Position numbers and translations under genes: made by a program. Shown in pieces: positions 1-7,486 of a stretch of DNA of 16,159 nucleotides; the stretch's first letter is position 1; the number at the start of each line of letters is the position of its first letter. The notes beneath the pieces are model-generated. The model was not told the origin of the DNA. It made no database searches and saw only the letters and a list, made by a program, of their open reading frames with translations. The DNA comes from Bdellovibrionales bacterium (GTDB lineage: Bacteria > Bdellovibrionota > Bdellovibrionia > Bdellovibrionales > UBA840), in the NCBI GenBank assembly GCA_037969075.1, contig JBBKWS010000111.1, positions 1 to 16,159 on the forward strand. The letters are read 5' to 3'.

Positions 1-2518
1 TTATTCGACTATCTAACGGACTTAAAATATCTGAAAAAAGATCAGTCGGACTTGGAAGAGGGTCCTGCGCTAAATAGAGGTTTCGAATATGGTAGTCCAC
101 AGGATCTGCCGCACACACTAAATAACTAAAACCGATACCGCATGCCGTAGTACCTCCGCCCCCTGCGGAACTTACATCTCTTGGAGCATCTGCCGCAGGA
201 ACACCCGTTAAACATTTTCTAAGAGCATAGCAACGGGCATAATTTAAGCAAGGCGGTCCATCACAACCCGCACATCCATTAGCAATAGAAGCCACAGGGC
301 CCCCTCCTAATTCTCGCGGCTGAACAATCACCTCAGTGGAACCATTACATGTAGCACACTTATACGGATGAATAGATGTGCCGCTCGTTAGCAAATATAA
401 TGGCCCGTTACAAGTAGGGCTGGCACAAGCTCTGTGTTTATTTGTATAAAACGAACAATTAGAGCCGGCTAAAGTACCGGTTCGAAGACCACTGTATCCA
501 CCAGCTGTGTTAACAGCGCAATCAATCATCCCTACATCACAGTTAATAGCTGCACCGGCAGAATTTTCAAAACTTGGACAATATAGCGGGTTACTACCTA
601 AAGCGCCTGTTGCAGGGCCTGTGTAAATACCATTCCAATTAGCCTGCGCTCTTGTTCTACCACAACCATCTGTCGAGCTATAACTATAAGTACCATAAGT
701 ATGGCACATCCCAATTGGTTGCGCTGGAAATACTGGTGCTTGAGTAAGATTACGGTTTATATCATAAGAGTTATAAGCAAAATTAGATTCTGAAATTGTG
801 CTCGTAGGATGCCCGATCGTTGATATCAGCTTGTGACTTAATATATATGGGTTACCCTCATTAGGACCCGCATCGTATTGCAATCGACTGCCCGAGAGAC
901 TGGCTGCAGTAGCCGTTAAATTATTTGTTGTATCTACGAACCATAAAAAATTAGTAAGATTTCGTGTTGCATCTCCTGCCGCTTGATTACAAGCATCACA
1001 AACAACAATTTGCCCAATCTTCGGACCATCAACTGGCCATGCAGATGGACCTAAATTATTATTTGTATCACTACACGAAAAATTTGCATTGTAACTTAAA
1101 GCATTACTTGTGAAATTAACATAGCGTTGACGTACAATTGGACTAGTAACCTCAATCGACTCTGTCACTTGAGAAAGTAAAGTCCCATCCCCCGGACGAA
1201 TCCAACGACCAGTACCGCCATCTTGCACCAGCCACGCATTATGATCTCTCCCCGGTCCGCATTGAAAGCGATATGCCCCTAAATTATCGGTGGTTGAATT
1301 TGGAAATGGAGGAGCGAATGTATTTAATAAACTAGGGCGATTTAAATCAATCTGAATATCTCGTTGGATTATACTTTCATTTCTGGCAGTATCTACAGCT
1401 TTTACATGCAATCGATAAGAGCCTTCGGCCGCATTACCAATCGTAAAACTCACACTATTATTTGTAGAGGCATCCACATTAGATACCGTTAAATTTGGAC
1501 TTGGACCCCCTACTACAACTGCACGAATCGATGCTTCTGGCATACTACAAACAAACCAACCTGTTCCGCTATTTCTATCCGTAATTGTTGCTAAATTTCC
1601 TCGAACATAATCGAGGCGACATAAATACTGCACACCTAACTCTGGTGGTGAAGGTTGGCTAATCTGTACTGAAAACGAACCTCTGCTATTCGGAGCCCCG
1701 CAAAAAATACCAGGATCGGTTTCAGTTAAGCCTGCCCCAGCTGTCAAAACTGCCTGCACCGTCGGCGCTACTAAATCAGACCCTGGCGAAAATGTTGCGT
1801 TGGCAGTACAGGATTTTAAAACTCCACCAGCAGTCTCATCTTGAAAATCTGCACTTAGTGTTAAGCTTACCAAATCATTATTGTTAATATTAGCCTGAGG
1901 GTTAGCGTTAATGGGCACAGCTTGCCAATTAGAATCACAAGTTAAACTAGATCCACTGGCTTTTTGCACCTGAATTCTTACGCCGCCTAGTCCACCCAAC
2001 TCTTGTTGTAAAATATCTTTCAACTGTCCATCAGGAAGTGCCGTAGCATCCATTGGAGCGCCACAAGACTCTGGATATACCTGCGATAAAATCGAACTAG
2101 CACTAGATATTAATTGGTAATTATTAAATTCGGCAGCGCTTTGTCTCTCTGCTGCAGAATAAGAAGCTGGATTGATACGTATAACATTGGCTAAAGCTAA
2201 TATCTGCCCTACCATCGCATCATTATCGTACTCATTAATAATATCTTCTTTTATTCGATTTGCAATTACAGGATCTATCGGGTTCATTTCATTTGTTTTT
2301 GGCAACCAATTATCAATCTTTAAATTATTATCGCTTTCTTTGATTTTTGATATGGCAGCACTTAACTTTGCTTGGCAATCCGAACCTTGGCGCACATCTA
2401 TTTGTTTACTAGAAGTATTAAGCACGAAGTCTGAAACTAAAAACCCTAGCCCCGCAATAATACCGATCGTGATTAGAATTTCTATTAATCCAAAACCATC
2501 TGTCTTTTTGATTTGCAT
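1..2518 (-). CDS. Giant type IV prepilin-like protein with Ig-like domain and Cys-rich region (3' end runs off the window, >839 aa)
   Basis: Hand translation from ATG 2518 is open to the window edge. It starts MQIKKTDG|FGLIEILITIGIIAGLGFLV (class III signal: G-1, F+1, E+5, hydrophobic helix). SD AGGGG at 2528-2524. Ig-like signature EGSYRLHVKAVDTARNES..IDLNRP. 28 Cys counted. Absent from the ORF track because there is no stop in the window. Confidence 0.9.
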   Translation of the reverse strand, partial: MQIKKTDGFGLIEILITIGIIAGLGFLVSDFVLNTSSKQIDVRQGSDCQAKLSAAISKIKESDNNLKIDNWLPKTNEMNPIDPVIANRIKEDIINEYDNDAMVGQILALANVIRINPASYSAAERQSAAEFNNYQLISSASSILSQVYPESCGAPMDATALPDGQLKDILQQELGGLGGVRIQVQKASGSSLTCDSNWQAVPINANPQANINNNDLVSLTLSADFQDETAGGVLKSCTANATFSPGSDLVAPTVQAVLTAGAGLTETDPGIFCGAPNSRGSFSVQISQPSPPELGVQYLCRLDYVRGNLATITDRNSGTGWFVCSMPEASIRAVVVGGPSPNLTVSNVDASTNNSVSFTIGNAAEGSYRLHVKAVDTARNESIIQRDIQIDLNRPSLLNTFAPPFPNSTTDNLGAYRFQCGPGRDHNAWLVQDGGTGRWIRPGDGTLLSQVTESIEVTSPIVRQRYVNFTSNALSYNANFSCSDTNNNLGPSAWPVDGPKIGQIVVCDACNQAAGDATRNLTNFLWFVDTTNNLTATAASLSGSRLQYDAGPNEGNPYILSHKLISTIGHPTSTISESNFAYNSYDINRNLTQAPVFPAQPIGMCHTYGTYSYSSTDGCGRTRAQANWNGIYTGPATGALGSNPLYCPSFENSAGAAINCDVGMIDCAVNTAGGYSGLRTGTLAGSNCSFYTNKHRACASPTCNGPLYLLTSGTSIHPYKCATCNGSTEVIVQPRELGGGPVASIANGCAGCDGPPCLNYARCYALRKCLTGVPAADAPRDVSSAGGGGTTACGIGFSYLVCAADPVDYHIRNLYLAQDPLPSPTDLFSDILSPLDSRI

Positions 2519-2599
2519 CGATACCCCTATAAACTTCAATATTTTAAATGACTTAGCACAGGTTTCTATATTTAATTATTGAAGTCAATGTCATCATAT

Positions 2600-2626
2600 T
2601 TATCGGAATAAGACGCCCCAGACTTA
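2600..2626 (-). promoter_or_regulatory. Putative sigma28 (FliA) promoter for the prepilin-like gene
   Basis: Minus strand reads TAAG-N15-TCCGATAA versus the FliA consensus TAAA-N15-GCCGATAA. Exact spacing, intergenic, about 80 nt upstream of ATG 2518 and in the correct orientation. Confidence 0.7.
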
Positions 2627-2887
2627 ACTCTAGTTCCCCCTACTGCAATTCGTTTGATATGGCATACAATCCATTAATCATAAACCTATCGATAACAAGA
2701 AATCTCATTTTGATACTGTCTCTTTTATTATTTATTTTTAAAATCCTGCAAATACTATTGTTCAACCAAGAGGTATTTACACTAGACTATTCGCAACTTA
2801 AAAAACTAAGCCGTTTACATATGAATAAGCATGGCTTTAAAATAGACACTGAAAGATTTTTTAGCATAACTACGGAAGGATCACATC

Positions 2888-3340
2888 ATGCGATTACTAC
2901 TATTATTGACTCTAGCACTTATACTATCTGGCTGTAATGATAAAAAAATAACACCTGAAATTCGAGAAAAGGTTCTTTTAGAAGAGTTTGATGCCACTAA
3001 AAAATTAATGGCACAAAGTAAATACATGACAGAAGAGAGAACCAATTTGTGGATAAAAGAATTTACTGAAAGATTTAAATTAGATCCAAAAGAAGTAGAA
3101 AAAAGTGGTTTTCAGTTGGATGTGGTAAACGCTAAAGCAATGCAACTAGGACTTGGTCAAACTATTTCATTAGCATCGACCTGGGAGCTGACCTTGCTAT
3201 TAGACGTAAAAAAAGATGATGGAACAGTTGAGAGACAAAAATTACCAGCAAAGCGTTCTATCATTTATTTATGGGAACCAGCCAAAGCAGCGATTCAGCC
3301 CGTGGTTGATTCTGGATTTGTATCCGAACAAGTAAAGTAA
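2888..3340 (+). CDS. Lipoprotein of unknown function
   Basis: MRLLLLLTLALILSG|C lipobox signal peptide; SD GGAAGGA just upstream; no recognisable domain. Confidence 0.85.
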   Translation: MRLLLLLTLALILSGCNDKKITPEIREKVLLEEFDATKKLMAQSKYMTEERTNLWIKEFTERFKLDPKEVEKSGFQLDVVNAKAMQLGLGQTISLASTWELTLLLDVKKDDGTVERQKLPAKRSIIYLWEPAKAAIQPVVDSGFVSEQVK

Positions 3341-3921
3341 ACTAAGACCGGGCGATCGGCGTGAATCACAAACTCACCCATCGCTTCGTTTGAAAGCCCG
3401 TGACTAGACATCGTTTTGATCTTACCTAGCACCTTATACTTTACATCTCCGTCAATAGTGATTTTTGTATTTTCAAAAAAACTAAATACCGAAAACGTTC
3501 CCTTATAATTGTAGCCTTGTGATCCATACCCAAGCACCTCAACGGCATTCTCGTCCCAGACGCACCTTGAAAAGATCTTTCGCCCATCTACCCATGATAG
3601 AACCTCTAAAAATGTAGCCAGTTCATGGTCACCTCTACCTTTTAAAAATCCATAAAAATATAGGTTTGAAAAATGTAAAGGCAAGCACCATAATGCGGTT
3701 GCAAGGTCGGATTGGTCCTTATCTGTTGCTAAAACTTCATCTAAGCGACCATCAAACGAATCATTATCACCAATAGAAAACCCCAAAGAGCCCTCGCGAT
3801 AATTGGCCCCTGAGTCAACAAACACAATAGGCTCGTGGATTAGGGCACCATTATAACGTGGCCCAATAAAGTACAGGCTATTTTTATCTTTAAACCGCTT
3901 TAAATAATCGTGTAAACCCAT
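3295..3921 (-). CDS. thiN: Thiamine pyrophosphokinase (TPK) family protein
   Basis: TPK motifs in order: VDSGA, IGDNDS, DKDQSDL, YGFLKGRGDH, and C-terminal SHGLSNE. Start moved from TTG 3963 to ATG 3921 (MGLHDY). Divergent member of the family. Confidence 0.75.
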   Translation of the reverse strand: MGLHDYLKRFKDKNSLYFIGPRYNGALIHEPIVFVDSGANYREGSLGFSIGDNDSFDGRLDEVLATDKDQSDLATALWCLPLHFSNLYFYGFLKGRGDHELATFLEVLSWVDGRKIFSRCVWDENAVEVLGYGSQGYNYKGTFSVFSFFENTKITIDGDVKYKVLGKIKTMSSHGLSNEAMGEFVIHADRPVLVYFTCSDTNPESTTG

Positions 3922-4003
3922 ACTTAATAAGTATAAAAGAAATTCAAAAAAGTCACCCAACAAAGCATTTACAAAGGATCAATATCATTATACTTATCCC
4001 TAA

Positions 4004-4369
4004 ATGAAGCACCAGTTAGAAATTCTAGATATACCTGTCTACATGTCACTTGGCTGCAGTATTTCAGAGCAAGCACAGCCACAAAAGGTTTTAATATCCG
4101 TAATTTTTGATAATAAAAATCATCTGTTAGCTGAGACCAGTGACAGTCTAAAAGATGCCATGTGCTACGCCACCATTGCAGAATCCATTGAGAGTATTTG
4201 CCACGAAAAATCCTATCACTTAATTGAGCATGCTAGTCACCAGATTTTTTCAAGACTAAAAGAGCAATATCCAAATACAGCAATTAAACTTAAATTTCAT
4301 AAGGTGCAGCCACCACATCGGTTACTAACCAGTGGCACTGTTTACGTCATCGAGGATTCCTCACAGTGA
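4004..4369 (+). CDS. folB: Dihydroneopterin aldolase
   Basis: LGCSISEQAQPQKV, SDSLKDAMCY, YHLIEH and KVQPP match FolB motifs; 121 aa; GTGA overlap with folKP. Confidence 0.9.
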   Translation: MKHQLEILDIPVYMSLGCSISEQAQPQKVLISVIFDNKNHLLAETSDSLKDAMCYATIAESIESICHEKSYHLIEHASHQIFSRLKEQYPNTAIKLKFHKVQPPHRLLTSGTVYVIEDSSQ

Positions 4370-5601
4370 TCTACTTAGCACTTGGCACTAATATCGAACC
4401 CAGAAAAACCTTCTTACAACACGCCAAAGAATGTTTACATGCAGCTGGTTATGAAATACTTAGCATCTCACCTGTTTATGAAACTCCAGCAATGCTTCCC
4501 GTGGACGCCACAAATGATTGGCAAAAAAATTACCTAAATCAAGTCATTGCTATCGACACTACGTCTTCGCCAAATGTACTTTTAGAAGACATCAAAAAAA
4601 TTGAAAAAGATTTGGGTCGAGAACAAAACCTAAAATGGGGTCCAAGAACTATTGATATCGATATATTACTATATCACGATAAAATAATCTCGAATGATAC
4701 ACTTAATATCCCTCATAAAGAATTGAACTCTAGAAACTTTTTCCTGCGGCCATTATTAGATGTGGCCAGCAACATTAAGGATCATAAAACCCTTACTTCG
4801 TACTCTGCTATTTATAAAAATTTAACTCATAAGTTACCTAAGTGGATGTATATTTTAAATTTAAGCGAGGATTCATTTTCATCTAGTGGCGAAAAAAGAA
4901 ATTATGTTACAGATGTGGTTCATGCCCTAGAGCACGGTGCACATATCATTGATGTGGGAGCAGAGTCGACAAGACCGGGTGCCACTTCTCTGACTGCGCA
5001 AGAAGAGCAAGCCATACTTACTCAGCACCTACCTACAATTATTGAACTGGCGCATAAAAATGACGCCAAGGTAAGCGTCGATACGTATCATTCAGAAACC
5101 ATGAAGTGGGCGATTGAACTGGGAGCTGATATCATTAATGATGTTGGAGGCCTGGCGACTGCAGACAGTAAAAAAGTTTTTAGAGATTCCAATGTTGATT
5201 GGGTAATAATGCATAACTTAGGTTTGCCCGCAAATCCAAAAAACATCTTAACAAAATCTAGGCCAGCTCATTTAGAAATTTTAGATTGGATAAAGTCTTT
5301 AGAGCTAAGCGTTGAAGATAAACAAAGAATATACATTGATCCCGGCATTGGCTTTGGTAAAGATGCTACCCAATCAAGAGATCTTATTAGCCATTGGAAA
5401 CAAATCCAAGACTTGGGGTTTAAGGTGCTAATGGGACACTCGAGAAAGTCTTTTTTAACTGGAATCACAGAACATGAATATAAGGATAGAGACATCGAAA
5501 CCATAGGTATTTCTCTACGACTTGCCAGCGAAGGAGTGGACGTCTTAAGAATCCACAACATAGAAGACCACAGACGAGCGTTTATGAGTTATATCGCATG
5601 A
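4366..5601 (+). CDS. folKP: Bifunctional HPPK / dihydropteroate synthase (FolK-FolP fusion)
   Basis: HPPK motifs IYLALGTN, SPVYET, IEKDLGR, WGPRTIDIDIL and IPH are followed in frame by DHPS motifs ILN..DSFS, IIDVGAESTRPG, SVDT, IINDV, MH, DPGIGFGK, GHSRKSF and LRIHN. Confidence 0.95.
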   Translation: MIYLALGTNIEPRKTFLQHAKECLHAAGYEILSISPVYETPAMLPVDATNDWQKNYLNQVIAIDTTSSPNVLLEDIKKIEKDLGREQNLKWGPRTIDIDILLYHDKIISNDTLNIPHKELNSRNFFLRPLLDVASNIKDHKTLTSYSAIYKNLTHKLPKWMYILNLSEDSFSSSGEKRNYVTDVVHALEHGAHIIDVGAESTRPGATSLTAQEEQAILTQHLPTIIELAHKNDAKVSVDTYHSETMKWAIELGADIINDVGGLATADSKKVFRDSNVDWVIMHNLGLPANPKNILTKSRPAHLEILDWIKSLELSVEDKQRIYIDPGIGFGKDATQSRDLISHWKQIQDLGFKVLMGHSRKSFLTGITEHEYKDRDIETIGISLRLASEGVDVLRIHNIEDHRRAFMSYIA

Positions 5602-6899
5602 AGAGCTATCAAGAAATCACTAATATATTAAATAAAAAACCTGTGATGCCTGTATGTATTCCTACTCTAGAAAATATTAGCGCAGCTATTCAAGATTATT
5701 TTCCAAGTCTCACCTCTTATTCTAAGCAAATGATTGTAATAGCTGGCACCAATGGAAAAGGCAGCGTGGCTAAAACCCTAGAGGCCCTACTTTTAACAAG
5801 CGGTAAAGAGGTCTGCTTATTCACCTCCCCCCACTTAATTTCTATCACCGAGCGCTTTTGTAAAAATGCCGAGCAAATCACACCAGATCAATTTAGTGAA
5901 CACTATTTAGTAGTCGAGTCATACATTGAAAAATGGAAACTTTCGCACTTTGAAGCACTGACTTTATTAGCACTATCTTTTTTTAAAGAACAAATAGTGC
6001 GTGGAGCTTATTGTATTTGGGAAGTAGGAATGGGCGGAAGATGGGATGCTACAAACGCCATCCCACATCATTATAGCGTGTTAACCACAATTGGGCATGA
6101 TCATCAAAAATTTTTAGGTAATAGCATTGAAGAAATCGCTAGTAATAAGTTTGATATTATCCAAAAAGATTCCATTGTTATAAATGGTTATACTCCGAAA
6201 TCTTGTCAAACGGCACTGAGCGCAGTAATCGTAAAAAATACTGCTACCATATACAATCTAAGAAACGATGCCAGCTTTAGATCTAAATATACATTTGAAG
6301 CAAAAGAGCCTTTGAAGCATTACATCGTATCCAAGGGTAAACAATATCCCCTACGCCTTTTAGGGGACAGAGGCTTTGAAAACACCCTGCTAGCGCTTTA
6401 TTGCCTGGACGTGTTGCAAATCAATATACAAGAAAACCATCTGGAATGTTTACACTCTATCAAATGGCCTCACAGATTTAGCGAACTAAAAAATAACTTA
6501 GCTCCATGTCCTGTCTATCTATCTGGTGATCATAATCCAGAAGGTATCGCTTCATTGGTAAATATTGTTAATAGACTAAAATACAAGAAGCTATGGATCA
6601 TCGTCGGAATTACCGAGGGAAGAGACCCAAATTTAATATTTGATCCTCTGGTAGGAATTAGATCTTCTCAACTAATTTTAACAGAAAGTCCATTTAAAGG
6701 GATACGCATTTTAGAATACCAAAAAGAGTGGAATCAGTATGCCACAAGCGGCGCAATGTGTATGAGTGATCCTGTACTTGCTTTTACAGAAGCTTGTAAA
6801 CTTGCCAATAGTGACGACATGATTATTGCAACAGGGTCATTGTATTTAACAGGAAAGATCGACGAACTATTTAATTCAGGAAATAAAAACTTAAGTTGA
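5598..6899 (+). CDS. folC: Dihydrofolate synthase / folylpolyglutamate synthase
   Basis: P-loop IAGTNGKGS, FTSPHL, EVGMGGRWDATN, IGHDH and TGSLYL; ATGA overlap with folKP. Confidence 0.95.
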   Translation: MKSYQEITNILNKKPVMPVCIPTLENISAAIQDYFPSLTSYSKQMIVIAGTNGKGSVAKTLEALLLTSGKEVCLFTSPHLISITERFCKNAEQITPDQFSEHYLVVESYIEKWKLSHFEALTLLALSFFKEQIVRGAYCIWEVGMGGRWDATNAIPHHYSVLTTIGHDHQKFLGNSIEEIASNKFDIIQKDSIVINGYTPKSCQTALSAVIVKNTATIYNLRNDASFRSKYTFEAKEPLKHYIVSKGKQYPLRLLGDRGFENTLLALYCLDVLQINIQENHLECLHSIKWPHRFSELKNNLAPCPVYLSGDHNPEGIASLVNIVNRLKYKKLWIIVGITEGRDPNLIFDPLVGIRSSQLILTESPFKGIRILEYQKEWNQYATSGAMCMSDPVLAFTEACKLANSDDMIIATGSLYLTGKIDELFNSGNKNLS

Positions 6900-7379
6900 G
6901 CTATTAATGTATTTTTCTACAAAAGAAAATACATCTTTTACATGATTAGCCACTTTTACATTTCTCCACTCTTCTTGCAAAACACCCTTGGTATCAATAA
7001 AAAATGTAGATCTCTCGATGCCGCGAAATTTTCTGCCATACAAGTTTTTCATTTTAATCACATCAAAAAGAGTGCATGCCATCTCTTCTTCATCACTAAG
7101 AAGCTCAAAAGGCAGCCCTTCTTTTTCAATAAACTTTAAATGACTGCGGATAGAGTCTCTAGAAATCCCATACACACTAACTTCTAAATCTTTAAACTTT
7201 TTAAAAAATTTTTTAAAATCCGCACTCTCTTGCGTGCAACCCGGCGTACTGTCCTTTGGATAAAAATAAATTAAAGTATACCTGCCCTTTAATGAATCAA
7301 GACGAAAGGTTTCACTGTTTGATGATGGGAGCCTAAACTTAGGGACCTTTTTACCTACTACCACTGCTGCCTTTGCCAA
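6891..7379 (-). CDS. bcp: Peroxiredoxin Q / Bcp
   Basis: YFYPKDSTPGCTQE, GISRDS, LLSD, IERSTF. Start placed at TTG 7379 because SD AGGGGA lies just upstream; the ORF track uses TTG 7397. Confidence 0.93.
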   Translation of the reverse strand: MAKAAVVVGKKVPKFRLPSSNSETFRLDSLKGRYTLIYFYPKDSTPGCTQESADFKKFFKKFKDLEVSVYGISRDSIRSHLKFIEKEGLPFELLSDEEEMACTLFDVIKMKNLYGRKFRGIERSTFFIDTKGVLQEEWRNVKVANHVKDVFSFVEKYINSST

Positions 7380-7449
7380 AATATATCCCCTTTTCAATTA
7401 CTTATTCTTAATAAAAATTACTTTTCTGTAAAGAATAAGTATTTTAGTC

Positions 7450-7478
7450 TTGACCCAAAAGCCATCAGGTCCTAAAAA
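7450..7478 (+). promoter_or_regulatory. Putative sigma70-type promoter for trhO
   Basis: TTGACC-N17-TAAAAA ending 8 nt before ATG 7487. Confidence 0.45.
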
Positions 7479-7486
7479 ATAAGCAT

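Noticed and set aside
1..3. TAA on the minus strand at the window edge as the stop of the pilin gene
   Set aside because: Out of frame; the last full codon is ATA at 4-2, so the gene continues beyond the window.
250..1000. CxxC motifs as c-type heme sites
   Set aside because: CDACN, CATCN and CAGCD all lack the His of CxxCH.
2172..2582. 136-aa plus-strand ORF
   Set aside because: Antisense shadow of the pilin gene; no SD or recognisable motifs.
2669..2695. Second sigma28-like box ATCGATAA on the plus strand
   Set aside because: No TAAA-like -35 at 15-nt spacing.
2659..2937. 92-aa plus-strand ORF
   Set aside because: AT-rich intergenic read-through with no SD; overlaps the lipoprotein start in another frame.
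5338..5460. DHPS as a mobile sul resistance gene
   Set aside because: Has the ordinary DPGIGFGK motif without the Sul-type insertion, is fused to FolK in a housekeeping operon, and has no mobile context.
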